A DNA stretch of 64,000 bases from the IMG/VR virus record IMGVR_UViG_2667527228_000001, positions 23,736 through 87,735 of that record; one strand, given 5' to 3'. The position numbers were made by a program, and so were the translations under genes. The stretch is from a virus. Taxonomy: Duplodnaviria > Caudoviricetes. Shown here one piece after another: positions 54,588 through 63,790 of this stretch (position 1 is the stretch's first letter; each line of letters starts with the position of its first letter). The notes beneath the pieces were generated by a model, which worked only from the letters and a program-made list of their open reading frames with translations, had not been told where the DNA came from and ran no database searches.

Positions 54588-57567
54588 ACGGCGCATGACG
54601 CTGGCGGCGTGGCTGAAATCTATTGCCCCGAGTTATGAACCCCGCGAGTCGCCGCCGGTGAGCATCACCGTGAATGGTGAAGTCATTGATGCGACGCGCT
54701 GGGCGCACTTTGAGTTCGCTCCTACGGATGACGTGGAAGTTCGCGTTGAGCCCAAGGGTGCCGCAGCCATCTTCGGCGCCATTCTTGTTGCGGTGCTCGC
54801 GGTCGCGGTATCGCGGGCGATGGCGCCGAAAATCCCTGGTACGTCGACGTCACCCAATGGTGGCGAGTCGTTGGCCGAGGCATCTGCCAAGGGCAACAAG
54901 ATCAAACTGGGCGAGATCATTCGCGAGATCGCCGGCCACCAGCGGGTTTACCCCAGCTACCTGACGCCACCGGTGCGACGTTTCTCCGCGCCGCGCGAGC
55001 AGTGGGTCGAGATGCTGCTGTGCGTGGGCAAGGGCAGATATCAGATCCCCACCAGCAAGATCAAAGTGGGCGAAACGCCCCTGATCAGCCTGGGTGCTGA
55101 CGCCCAGTTCGCCGTTTACAACCCGGGTGACAATCTGTCGGGGCAGAGCGCGGCGCAGTGGTGGCACAGCGCGACGGAAGTCGGATCGAGTGCCAATGGC
55201 TCGGCCGGTCTTGAGCTGACGCTGTCCACTGATTTGACTCAATCGTCTCCGGCGTCGGCGCTGCAGTTCAATGGCTCCAGCATTTCGATCCCTGCCGGTG
55301 GCGGTTCGTTTCCGGCGGATTGGTCCAGCGGCCTGATTATCCGGCTGCTGTCGCCTTACCTGTACACCGTGGTCGACGTAGGTGCCGGGCGCGATATCTT
55401 ACGAGGTGATCTCGCCATGCTCGCGCCGTATGTGGGAATGCCAATCGAGGTGATCGGCGCTAACCAAGGCCTTTATGAGGTTCACTCTTATACGCCATTT
55501 GCTCCCGCAATCCCGCCCGCACCGGGAGTCGCCTCGACGCTGACAGCCTCCTCCGTGCCAAGTCGTTATAACTTTGACGTGACGCCGCTGACGTTCACGG
55601 TGTCCCGCGGCGGGGCGCCGTACACCGCGACCTTGAACACTGCAACAACGGATCTGGCAAGCCTGGTCGCCGCAATCAATACAGCGAAAGGCGGTGCACC
55701 TTACACCGCCATCGCGTCAGGCGGCCGTGTACGGCTCCTCGAAACAGCGCCTTATTCTGGGCAAACGCTTGCGGTTAGTTCGGCTTCTGAGGTTTTTGGG
55801 GTTGCTCCTACGGGCACCATCGGTACACCCACCACGAGCGGCACCCCAGAACAACCGGCCCAGATGACACTCAATTTTGAAGGTGGAACTCCGGCCGTTG
55901 GATTGATCCCTGGCGTGGGGCTCGCCACCATCGGCCCGCGAGGCCTGCGATACCGGATCACTTCCTACAGCGCAACCATGCTTGCCGTGGAGCGCCTGAC
56001 CGCCAGTGGGGCCCCCGATACATCGTGGCCTGGTTTCAGCTACATGGAGACCATGAATGGTGTGGTCATGCTCGACGCATCGAACCTGCAGGGCGGATAT
56101 CGAGGGCCTTTCGCCTGCTGCCCTGAAGGCGAGCGAGTGACGGAAATCGAATGGGACGTGTTGTTCCCGCAAGGCTTGTGCGGTGTCGGGCGGGAAGGGC
56201 AGATCTACCCGGTCAATGCCTACCACACCTTCGAATACCGTGACATGGCGCTGTCCGGAGCGTGGACAGTGATCGATATGCAGCACAACGGCGGCTCGCT
56301 GGATGCTCAGGGCTTTACCAGCAAAGTGGTACTGCCCTATGCCATGCGGCCCGAAGCGCGGATCAAACAGCGATTCGTACACCAGCCTGGGCGTATCGAC
56401 AACGAGAAGCGCGACGACACCGTGTGGTACGGCCTGCGCGGCAAGATGGTCGGGGCGCCGCTGCGCTACGACGGCATGACCACCATCGCCGTGCGCGTGC
56501 GAAACGGCGATCGGCTGTCGGCACAGTCGGAAAACCTGGTCAGTGTCGAAGCGACCCGGGTGCTGCCGGTGCGTTCCGGTGGTGGCTGGGTCGGCGAGGC
56601 GCCGACGCGCGACATCGTGCCGTGGTTTATGTACGTCGCCAAGTCCGCCGGCTACACCGATGCGGACATCGATCTCGCCGAGCTGGATCGACTCCACGAG
56701 GTGTTTCGCGCCCGGGGCGACTGCTTCGACATGACTATCGATGACGTCAGCACGATCAAGGACGCTCTGAACGACGTGTTGGCGGCCGGGTTTTCCGAGC
56801 TGACGGTCAGCCGCGGCCTGTTGCGCCCAGTGCGCGACGAACCGCGCTCGGTGTTTGAGCAGATGTACACCCCGCAGAACATGACCAAAGCGCTGAAACG
56901 GCGAATCATCTTTCCGTCACCGGATGACTTTGATGGGGTCGACGTTGAATACGTCAGCGCCCTGACCTGGCAGGCGGAGACCGTTGAATGCCGGTGGCCG
57001 GGGGATCTGGGGTTGAAGGTCGAGAAAATCAAAATCCCCGGTGTGTCTGATCGCAACAAGGCCTATCAGATCGGCATGCGCCGGCGCGGGCATCAGAAGT
57101 TTCGCGGCGACTCGTTCAGTTGGGAGACCGAATTGGATGCGCTCAACTCTAACTACTTGAGCTACGTGGCCGCCGCGGATGACATCCCCGGGTACGGCCA
57201 AAGCTCAATCCTCATGTCGATAACACCCAGTGCCGGCTCGCTGGTGTTGGAAAGCTCGGAACCGTTGCCCTGGAAGGACGGCGCCGCGCACGTGGTCGGA
57301 CTTCGCCGGCCGGACGGCACGCTCAGCGGTCCCTGGCCAGCCGCCCGGGTCGATGAGTACCGGCTGGCTGTGCCGACTTTGGATTTTGTGCCGGACCTGT
57401 CGTGGGACATCGAGCCGCCGCACCTGCTGTTCGGGGAAAGCACCCGTTGGTGCTACCCCGTACTGATGACCGTGGCCAACCCTTCGAGCGAAGGGCGGGT
57501 GTCGGTTGAAGCGATTCCCTACGACGCCCGGGTCTATCTGTACGACAACAGCGCTGCACCGGCATAA
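54529..57567 (+). CDS. Central tail tip / host specificity protein (gpI-J-like)
   Basis: About 1010 aa; ubiquitin-like N-terminus, DGVDVEY motif. Confidence 0.85.
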   Translation: MISVFPNKLDGVAFETHKTERRMTLAAWLKSIAPSYEPRESPPVSITVNGEVIDATRWAHFEFAPTDDVEVRVEPKGAAAIFGAILVAVLAVAVSRAMAPKIPGTSTSPNGGESLAEASAKGNKIKLGEIIREIAGHQRVYPSYLTPPVRRFSAPREQWVEMLLCVGKGRYQIPTSKIKVGETPLISLGADAQFAVYNPGDNLSGQSAAQWWHSATEVGSSANGSAGLELTLSTDLTQSSPASALQFNGSSISIPAGGGSFPADWSSGLIIRLLSPYLYTVVDVGAGRDILRGDLAMLAPYVGMPIEVIGANQGLYEVHSYTPFAPAIPPAPGVASTLTASSVPSRYNFDVTPLTFTVSRGGAPYTATLNTATTDLASLVAAINTAKGGAPYTAIASGGRVRLLETAPYSGQTLAVSSASEVFGVAPTGTIGTPTTSGTPEQPAQMTLNFEGGTPAVGLIPGVGLATIGPRGLRYRITSYSATMLAVERLTASGAPDTSWPGFSYMETMNGVVMLDASNLQGGYRGPFACCPEGERVTEIEWDVLFPQGLCGVGREGQIYPVNAYHTFEYRDMALSGAWTVIDMQHNGGSLDAQGFTSKVVLPYAMRPEARIKQRFVHQPGRIDNEKRDDTVWYGLRGKMVGAPLRYDGMTTIAVRVRNGDRLSAQSENLVSVEATRVLPVRSGGGWVGEAPTRDIVPWFMYVAKSAGYTDADIDLAELDRLHEVFRARGDCFDMTIDDVSTIKDALNDVLAAGFSELTVSRGLLRPVRDEPRSVFEQMYTPQNMTKALKRRIIFPSPDDFDGVDVEYVSALTWQAETVECRWPGDLGLKVEKIKIPGVSDRNKAYQIGMRRRGHQKFRGDSFSWETELDALNSNYLSYVAAADDIPGYGQSSILMSITPSAGSLVLESSEPLPWKDGAAHVVGLRRPDGTLSGPWPAARVDEYRLAVPTLDFVPDLSWDIEPPHLLFGESTRWCYPVLMTVANPSSEGRVSVEAIPYDARVYLYDNSAAPA

Positions 57568-57579
57568 GGACACGACGTA

Positions 57580-58044
57580 ATGATTTCATACCCAGAGGGT
57601 CTGCCGCTGCCGCAGCGGGACGGCTACGGGTTCCAGTCGGTCAGCCCCATGGTCCGATCGGAACTGCAAAGCGGGCGCTCCAGGCAGCGGCGCCGATACA
57701 CCTCGGTGCCTACAACCGCTTCCGTGACGTGGCTGCTGGACGATGCCGAGAGCCAACTGTTTGAAGGGTGGTTCGAGTACGTGCTGATGTCCGGTACGTT
57801 GTCCTTTGAGTGCCCGCTGAAAACGCCGCTGGGGCTGGAGACCTATCAGGCCCGGTTCACCGATATCTATAGCGGCCCGACGTTGGTGGGCGACAGTTTC
57901 TGGCGTTTCACCGCGAACCTGGAACTGCTGAAGCGGCCGTTGTTGGACCCTGAATGGATCCTGATCCTGCCGGAATACGTCCTTATGTCGGACATCTTCG
58001 ACAGGGCAGTGAATCTGGAGTGGCCCCGCCACTTCGACGAATAA
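57580..58044 (+). CDS. Distal-tail-like (gpM/Dit-like) minor tail protein
   Basis: YPEGLPLP...SGRSRQRRRY...FEGWF. Confidence 0.68.
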   Translation: MISYPEGLPLPQRDGYGFQSVSPMVRSELQSGRSRQRRRYTSVPTTASVTWLLDDAESQLFEGWFEYVLMSGTLSFECPLKTPLGLETYQARFTDIYSGPTLVGDSFWRFTANLELLKRPLLDPEWILILPEYVLMSDIFDRAVNLEWPRHFDE

Positions 58045-58133
58045 CACACAGTGTCGGCCTGCTCAGACCTGCACGAACTTATGACATCCCACCGGTATAC
58101 TGCCGGCCTTTCCCGTTCCCAGGTTTGGTCGTC

Positions 58134-60401
58134 ATGGTTAATCGCCGGCAATTACTACAAATCAGCGCTCTCGGTACCGCCTCTTTCGCGGCGCCGTTGG
58201 CGTATTCTGCGAGCTCGATAACCATGGCCTACAACACCGGTAACCCGATCGGATCGACCTCTCCGAAGGATCTGTCTGATAACGCCCGTAACCTCGACTA
58301 TTTCGTCAACGGCCAAGAGGCGTCTTACCCCGATCGAAAGGGGGTTCCACGGAAGTCCTGGAAGGGGATGGAGGCGGAACATAACGTCGACCAGGTGCGA
58401 CGTGAGTCAGAGTTTGACGCCGCCCAAGTACACCGGACGGAAGTTTTTGATGCTACACAAGGGAATCGTGAAGACCAATTCAACACTTGGCTGGACGGGT
58501 CTGGCTTTGAGAATGACCCACTTGTCTACGTAGACGGCTCGCCACTCCGGGTTGATCGCGTTACGCAGCTGGTAGATCGCGGGGGGAGCCTGTACACCGT
58601 TAAACGTCCCGCCTCATTCCCATACGGCCTTACAGGGGAGTGGGCCACCGACGCAACTCACCTTGTCCTGCGAAATGATCAAAGCATTCGGCAGGACTTG
58701 GCGGAACCCACTGGTGCAGGTCGGGTCGGCTGGACCCGGCGACCCACCCTCGCGGCGGAGTCGTCGGTCGATTACATTCTTTCGTTGCAGCCAATCAACA
58801 TTTGGGAAAATGAGTTCACCTCTCTAATCACGGAGAAGCCGGATGCACATGCCCCTCAAACGTGGGACTGGGCCCCGGCAATTCAGGCGGCTAACGATCT
58901 GATTCGCACGCGATTCAACACATATGGCCCTGGGATTCAGAATGTAATTCAATTTCCCGGCTCCATATACAAAGTAAAATCTAAGATCACTCTGTCTGCT
59001 TTCGTCAAAATAAAATCTGTCGGTATGGTCGTATTTCAGACCGAAGTTGCAAATGACTCTGCATTCCACTTCACTGCTGCTACTGGAGACTATTCGTCGA
59101 ATACTGCGGTGATTAACAAGCAGCAATGGATGCGCGGTCCCTTCATTAATGGTGCCGACGGTGGTTTTACCTTCCATAACATGCTGGGCAGAGCGGGCTG
59201 TATCGGCTTGGAAATTGGTTCACGGACGGACCTTGGCGAACTCAGCCCCACTGCACGGTATACGTCCTGTGAATATAATATCGAGGGGTATGCCATTGCG
59301 ATTAAGTTTAATCGGTTTCGAAACTATATCGCGACGTTTGAAAAGGTTCACTTAGAGCTTAACGATGAGCTTGTGGTTTTTGGCGAGCCGTCGATGGCTA
59401 ACGTTCTAGATTCTGGCGAAAATATTCATTTTATTGGATGTACTTTTGCCAACTGTACTACTGCTTTTCGGTGGTACTGCGACGGTTTTGATGTGAACTT
59501 AACTAACTGCTCCTATGACTACATAGGGACAGTTTTCCGCCTACACCGTTTGTACAAGAAAATTACCGTACACGGTGGGCATATGGAAGGTATTGGCGGT
59601 GTGCGTGCTCATGATGGTGTCGGCGGCATTTTGCTTGAGGAGTCGGCGAGCTCTGCGGACACCGGTACACAGTGCCTAGTCCAATTTATCGGGGTATCTG
59701 CGGTAACTCCGCCAGGAAACGTATTTCGGGGATCAAGTAAGGTCCAACTGGAGCTGGATTACGAGTATCGCAAAATCGGTACGGATAACACTCCAGCAAA
59801 ATTGTTTCTAGTAGACCCACGTATAACGCTCCGGCGAAAGGCAATTGTCAACCAGCACCGGGCCACTCTGCCTAGTTGGGCGGTGAACCATCAGCGCAAT
59901 CCGACATTTACTTTGGACGCTGAAGGCTCAACAGCCGCTCCGACCGGATATACACGCGTTGCTGGCGGAGCGCCAAGTGTTATCGAGGCTGCGTCGGCAT
60001 CTGTTTTGGGGGGTAAAGCGATCAAGATCACAGGTGCAGCAAGTGGTAGTTATTACATTCTTGACGCCAATGATAAAACTCCATGCGCCCCAGGTGATGT
60101 CGTATTGGCGAACCTATTTGCTAAATTTCCGGCTGACGTAACTGCCGCCCAGTGTTCGATTACATGCCGACTCCAGTTCTTCAGTTCTGCGGATGAGGTG
60201 TTGCTCACAACAAGTGAGGTATCAAACGACTATGGTAATAGTGAGTTGATTATGGGCGAGTGGAGCGCACACGTTTGGGCTAGGCAAGCAGTAGCGCCGG
60301 CGGGTACTGCTTACTACAAGGCCCGGTTCGGCGTAACTGGTATCGGGATGAACAGCCGGATAACGTACATTACGGGCCTGTACTCAACAATTCTCAAATA
60401 G
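58134..60401 (+). CDS. Tailspike/depolymerase (virion anchor + beta-helix + CBM-like domain) with an upstream in-frame Tat-type signal; probable virion start at 58224
   Basis: MAYNTGNPIGS anchor; DWAPAIQAA...FPGSIY beta-helix cap; MVNRRQLL...AYSA leader. Confidence 0.85.
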   Translation: MVNRRQLLQISALGTASFAAPLAYSASSITMAYNTGNPIGSTSPKDLSDNARNLDYFVNGQEASYPDRKGVPRKSWKGMEAEHNVDQVRRESEFDAAQVHRTEVFDATQGNREDQFNTWLDGSGFENDPLVYVDGSPLRVDRVTQLVDRGGSLYTVKRPASFPYGLTGEWATDATHLVLRNDQSIRQDLAEPTGAGRVGWTRRPTLAAESSVDYILSLQPINIWENEFTSLITEKPDAHAPQTWDWAPAIQAANDLIRTRFNTYGPGIQNVIQFPGSIYKVKSKITLSAFVKIKSVGMVVFQTEVANDSAFHFTAATGDYSSNTAVINKQQWMRGPFINGADGGFTFHNMLGRAGCIGLEIGSRTDLGELSPTARYTSCEYNIEGYAIAIKFNRFRNYIATFEKVHLELNDELVVFGEPSMANVLDSGENIHFIGCTFANCTTAFRWYCDGFDVNLTNCSYDYIGTVFRLHRLYKKITVHGGHMEGIGGVRAHDGVGGILLEESASSADTGTQCLVQFIGVSAVTPPGNVFRGSSKVQLELDYEYRKIGTDNTPAKLFLVDPRITLRRKAIVNQHRATLPSWAVNHQRNPTFTLDAEGSTAAPTGYTRVAGGAPSVIEAASASVLGGKAIKITGAASGSYYILDANDKTPCAPGDVVLANLFAKFPADVTAAQCSITCRLQFFSSADEVLLTTSEVSNDYGNSELIMGEWSAHVWARQAVAPAGTAYYKARFGVTGIGMNSRITYITGLYSTILK

Positions 60402-60412
60402 CAATTGCAAGT

Positions 60413-60434
60413 GCCCGCCCCGTGCGGGCTTTTT
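60413..60434 (+). terminator. Terminator after tailspike
   Basis: GCCCGC-CCCGT-GCGGGCTTTTT. Confidence 0.8.
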
Positions 60435-60481
60435 CATGCCTCGGAGAAATATGCCAATCAAATGTTTTGCGTGATGGGTTG

Positions 60482-61501
60482 TTAAGTCCATTCATCTGGA
60501 TTGTTTTTTTTCCAATCCGATAAGGCTGACTCCAATGTATATTCATACGAATAGCCATTTTCTAAAAGAAAGGTTGGTAAGATGTTGTTAGATTTTACTA
60601 GTTTTTTCACTCTGGTCGGTTTGAAAGGGTGCTGTATTCCCAGTGGTGTCGCAATTGCATCAATGCAATGAGAAGCTGACAATAATAATGTGAATGGCAC
60701 CGAGGGTACTCGTCTTTTTATTTTGGCAACTATGCAGACTGATTTCACGTACTCCTCGATGGAGGGGCCTGGATTCATAGTCATGTTGAATAGTGAGAGG
60801 TTGGACTTGTTGGCATGCTGCTTTTTCAGAACCCACAACATTGCTATACAAAGCTCTTTCACGTATGTGCCGGCTTTTCTGGTTTCACGATTGCCGGTGT
60901 AAAAAAAGTATCGGTTCAAAACCGACTTGATTAATCGAGATACGTTGCCTCCCTCACTTGGACCGAATACCACGCCGGGGCGAGCAATAACTAAGTGCCG
61001 TGTTTTCTGATCGGCAGCAAGCCACATCTGATGAATTTTTTCGGCGGCGAGTTTCGAGCCACCGTAAGCCGTGGTTGGCGATGGAGTAGAGCGCTCGTCT
61101 TTAGCTTGATCGCTTGGACCGTATGGGGAAATGGAACTGGTGAAAATTATATTGCTGCAATTTATCTGCTCGGCCCATGCGCATACATGCTCAGCACCTA
61201 GTAGATTGGTTTCGTAATATTCAAAATCTTCATGCCCGGGCTCTCTGTGAACAGCGGCGAAATTTGCTACCAGATAAACACTTTCTTGTGGAGTCCACAC
61301 TATAGGTTTTCGAACGTCGCCATTTACTTCTTTGATGTTTGAAGTCTGAGTAATCAAAGCTTCTCTATAGGGAAAAGGCTTTTGGCCTACCTGCTCTTTA
61401 TCGTACAAATAAACCACGTCAACTGTTTTCGATTCGATTAGGTGTTTGGCAAAGAAGGTGCCAATAAAACCGGAACCTCCAAAGATCACAGCGCAGTTCA
61501 T
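60482..61501 (-). CDS. Moron: NAD-dependent epimerase (extended SDR), Gnu-like
   Basis: GGSGFIG, AAVHRE, FTSS, YGGSK, RPGVVFG; AT-rich; RBS AAGGA. Confidence 0.88.
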   Translation of the reverse strand: MNCAVIFGGSGFIGTFFAKHLIESKTVDVVYLYDKEQVGQKPFPYREALITQTSNIKEVNGDVRKPIVWTPQESVYLVANFAAVHREPGHEDFEYYETNLLGAEHVCAWAEQINCSNIIFTSSISPYGPSDQAKDERSTPSPTTAYGGSKLAAEKIHQMWLAADQKTRHLVIARPGVVFGPSEGGNVSRLIKSVLNRYFFYTGNRETRKAGTYVKELCIAMLWVLKKQHANKSNLSLFNMTMNPGPSIEEYVKSVCIVAKIKRRVPSVPFTLLLSASHCIDAIATPLGIQHPFKPTRVKKLVKSNNILPTFLLENGYSYEYTLESALSDWKKNNPDEWT

Positions 61502-61652
61502 ATTTGTCCTTAAATAGCTTCAGCCTGAAATTTTTAATACATAAATTTTTTCCTAATTCTACCAGCTACATGACTGTTGTGGCCTGAGTGAATCCACAGA
61601 TCAAAAAAAATTAGCACCGCCTGGTGCGGAATTGTTACGCCTGGAGAAACGC

Positions 61653-62078
61653 ATGACTGAAACTGAAAAAGATCGCGATATTCTTGCCCGCACCTTGTGG
61701 GGCGAGGCTCGTGGCGAATCGTTGGCTGGCCAGATCGCCGTAGCCTGGACTATCCGCAACCGCGTAAATGACGGCAAGCCCAAGTCATGGTGGGGCGAAG
61801 GCTACATCGGCGTGTGCCAGAAGCCGTACCAGTTCAGTTGCTGGAACAAGAGCGACCCGAACTTCCCCTTCCTGAGCGGCGCAAGAGCGATCCCGTTCCG
61901 CGAATTTGCCCAGGCACAGATCGCGGCTGAGCAGGTGATGGCCGGCAAGGTGCCTGATCCCACCGGTGGGGCCACGCATTACTACGCGATCGCCATGAAG
62001 ACACCGCCAGTTTGGGCAGCCAAGGCGAAGCAGACCCTCAAACTTGGCGGGCACGTCTTCTTCAAGGACGTCCCATGA
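61653..62078 (+). CDS. Endolysin, SleB/Hydrolase_2 cell-wall hydrolase family
   Basis: LARTLWGEARGE, YQFSCWN, DPTGGATHYY, GHVFF. Confidence 0.9.
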   Translation: MTETEKDRDILARTLWGEARGESLAGQIAVAWTIRNRVNDGKPKSWWGEGYIGVCQKPYQFSCWNKSDPNFPFLSGARAIPFREFAQAQIAAEQVMAGKVPDPTGGATHYYAIAMKTPPVWAAKAKQTLKLGGHVFFKDVP

Positions 62079-62596
62079 ATCCCGCAACGCTGAAGTTCGT
62101 ACTGATCGGCGTGTTGGTGTTGCTGCTCATAACCACCGGCGCCACCTGGAAGGTTCAGGACTGGCGCTATGGCAAGCAGCTGGCCGAGCAATCCGATCTG
62201 CACAAAGACGATTTATCCATGATCAGCAACGCAGCCGCGGCCAAGGTCCGCGCCGATCAAGACAAACGTCTGGTGCTTGAGCAGCGCTTGGAAGCCATCG
62301 ACCAAACCCATTACAAGGAACTGAGCGATGCTCAAACGAAACAGGATCACGTGCGTGACCGCCTTGCTACTGCTGAGCTCAGGCTGTCAGTCCTTCTCGA
62401 CGCCGCAGATTCAGCCAGTGGCTATTCAGTGCCAGCCTATACCGGCGCCGGCGGCATGGTTCATGGAGGAACGCGCGCCCGACTTGACCCAGCGCATGCT
62501 CAACGAATTGTCTCCATCACCGACGAAGGTGACCGGGGATTGATTGCCTTACGCGCATGCCAAGACTACGTGCGGAACATAAGGTCAACAAATTAA
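62075..62596 (+). CDS. Rz: i-spanin
   Basis: N-terminal TM, coiled coil, ARLDPAHAQR...ACQDYV. Confidence 0.87.
   Translation: MNPATLKFVLIGVLVLLLITTGATWKVQDWRYGKQLAEQSDLHKDDLSMISNAAAAKVRADQDKRLVLEQRLEAIDQTHYKELSDAQTKQDHVRDRLATAELRLSVLLDAADSASGYSVPAYTGAGGMVHGGTRARLDPAHAQRIVSITDEGDRGLIALRACQDYVRNIRSTN
62328..62543 (+). CDS. Rz1: o-spanin lipoprotein nested in Rz
   Basis: Lipobox LSSGC; PIPAPAAW. Confidence 0.8.
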   Translation: MLKRNRITCVTALLLLSSGCQSFSTPQIQPVAIQCQPIPAPAAWFMEERAPDLTQRMLNELSPSPTKVTGD

Positions 62597-62645
62597 TAAG
62601 CTGATGGATAAGTGTCATCAGCTCATCAAAAAATATCACTGGGTT

Positions 62646-63365
62646 TTAAAATGCATGTGGCTTAAATGTAGTCGTTTCAGTGCTTCTAAGTGAGACGAAG
62701 TAAGGGTTGCTTCTGGTGGAAATTACGGCGTCATAATCTGCACTACAGCCTTCGGCAACCAGGCTTACTTTTTCAAATGCAATATCAAGCCATTCTAGAA
62801 TTTCATCTACGTTTGCACCATTTGTAACGCGCTCAATAAAAGAATTGATTTCATCAATGCCGATTGTATTTTCAAAGCTGGAGCTGCCAGTTCCTAAATG
62901 TAGGAGGATCGGCTGAGGGTTAGCTCTGCGAACGTTTATAGTATTGTAGTTACTAAATTTCGTGTAAATGTGGAGAGTGGTGAAGAATGAGCTGGTTTTT
63001 TCATCAAAGAATGAAACTATTGTTTGGTTTTCCATTTGAGGTAAAGCGTTAACTAGTTCGTCTCTGGCATCGAAGTTGAAATGATTTTCTGCGCATGATC
63101 TAACTATGTTTATGACTTCGGATGGGTCCGATAAGTCTTTTATTTGATCGAGATAGAGGTGCTCGTTTGTGGTTCCGGCAGCACTCACTGCTACATTATT
63201 GTTTTTGTTTAGCTTGGTTTTTTTAAATCCGTCTATCGTTCCTCCACCGTTAGTGGTAATGGATAAATTTCCAACTGTCATCGTTATCGATTCAGGTGCA
63301 TTACCCCTGCGGTCGCTAGCAATAAGAGTGAAATCCTTGTGTAGAATATTTAAAACGAATGTCAT
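62646..63365 (-). CDS. Moron: proteasome-beta/HslV-like Ntn-hydrolase fold protein
   Basis: Thr1, ASDRR (D17/R19), K..G spacing and LGTG motif; very AT-rich; RBS AGGGAG. Confidence 0.68.
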   Translation of the reverse strand: MTFVLNILHKDFTLIASDRRGNAPESITMTVGNLSITTNGGGTIDGFKKTKLNKNNNVAVSAAGTTNEHLYLDQIKDLSDPSEVINIVRSCAENHFNFDARDELVNALPQMENQTIVSFFDEKTSSFFTTLHIYTKFSNYNTINVRRANPQPILLHLGTGSSSFENTIGIDEINSFIERVTNGANVDEILEWLDIAFEKVSLVAEGCSADYDAVISTRSNPYFVSLRSTETTTFKPHAF

Positions 63366-63419
63366 TGCTTGCTTCTCCCTTTAAGTGCCACTAAGTCACT
63401 CCGGCTTCAATACCACCGA

Positions 63420-63590
63420 GAGCGTAGTTTTGATAATTCCTTCATTACGCTAGGTGCTTGCAACGCTCTTCGAACATTCCTACGAACTCAAGCACATAGC
63501 GTTGAGCAGCTCAGAGAGTAAGCTCCATGATGGCAGCCTCAAGGGCAAGCTGAATTTGGTATCTCCTGTTAAGCAGTGAGATGCAGGTGG
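63420..63590 (-). pseudogene. Decayed paralog of ORF 63791..64000
   Basis: QLALEAAIMELTL* then NVRRALQA..NEGIIKTTL versus QLALEAAIMELSNW..NVRGALEA..NEEFIKMTL. Confidence 0.7.
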
Positions 63591-63790
63591 CCTGAGTTGT
63601 GTAGGAGTCGATGCTCGATAAAAGAGAAAGGTGTAGCGGTCGGAGGCGGGAGGGTGATTTCTCGTACCACTTTTTGTACCAATCCAGCGTTTTTTAGGGG
63701 CATTGGGGGGTGAAACACCCCCTGAAGCCCATTTAAAGCCCCGGACCAAAAACTCCAGACAATCCTCACAACATCACTCGATGTCTGTGG

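Noticed and set aside
57954-58133. 815-aa tailspike start at 57954
   Set aside because: Overlaps the upstream gene and encodes non-protein-like sequence; plausible starts are 58134 and 58224
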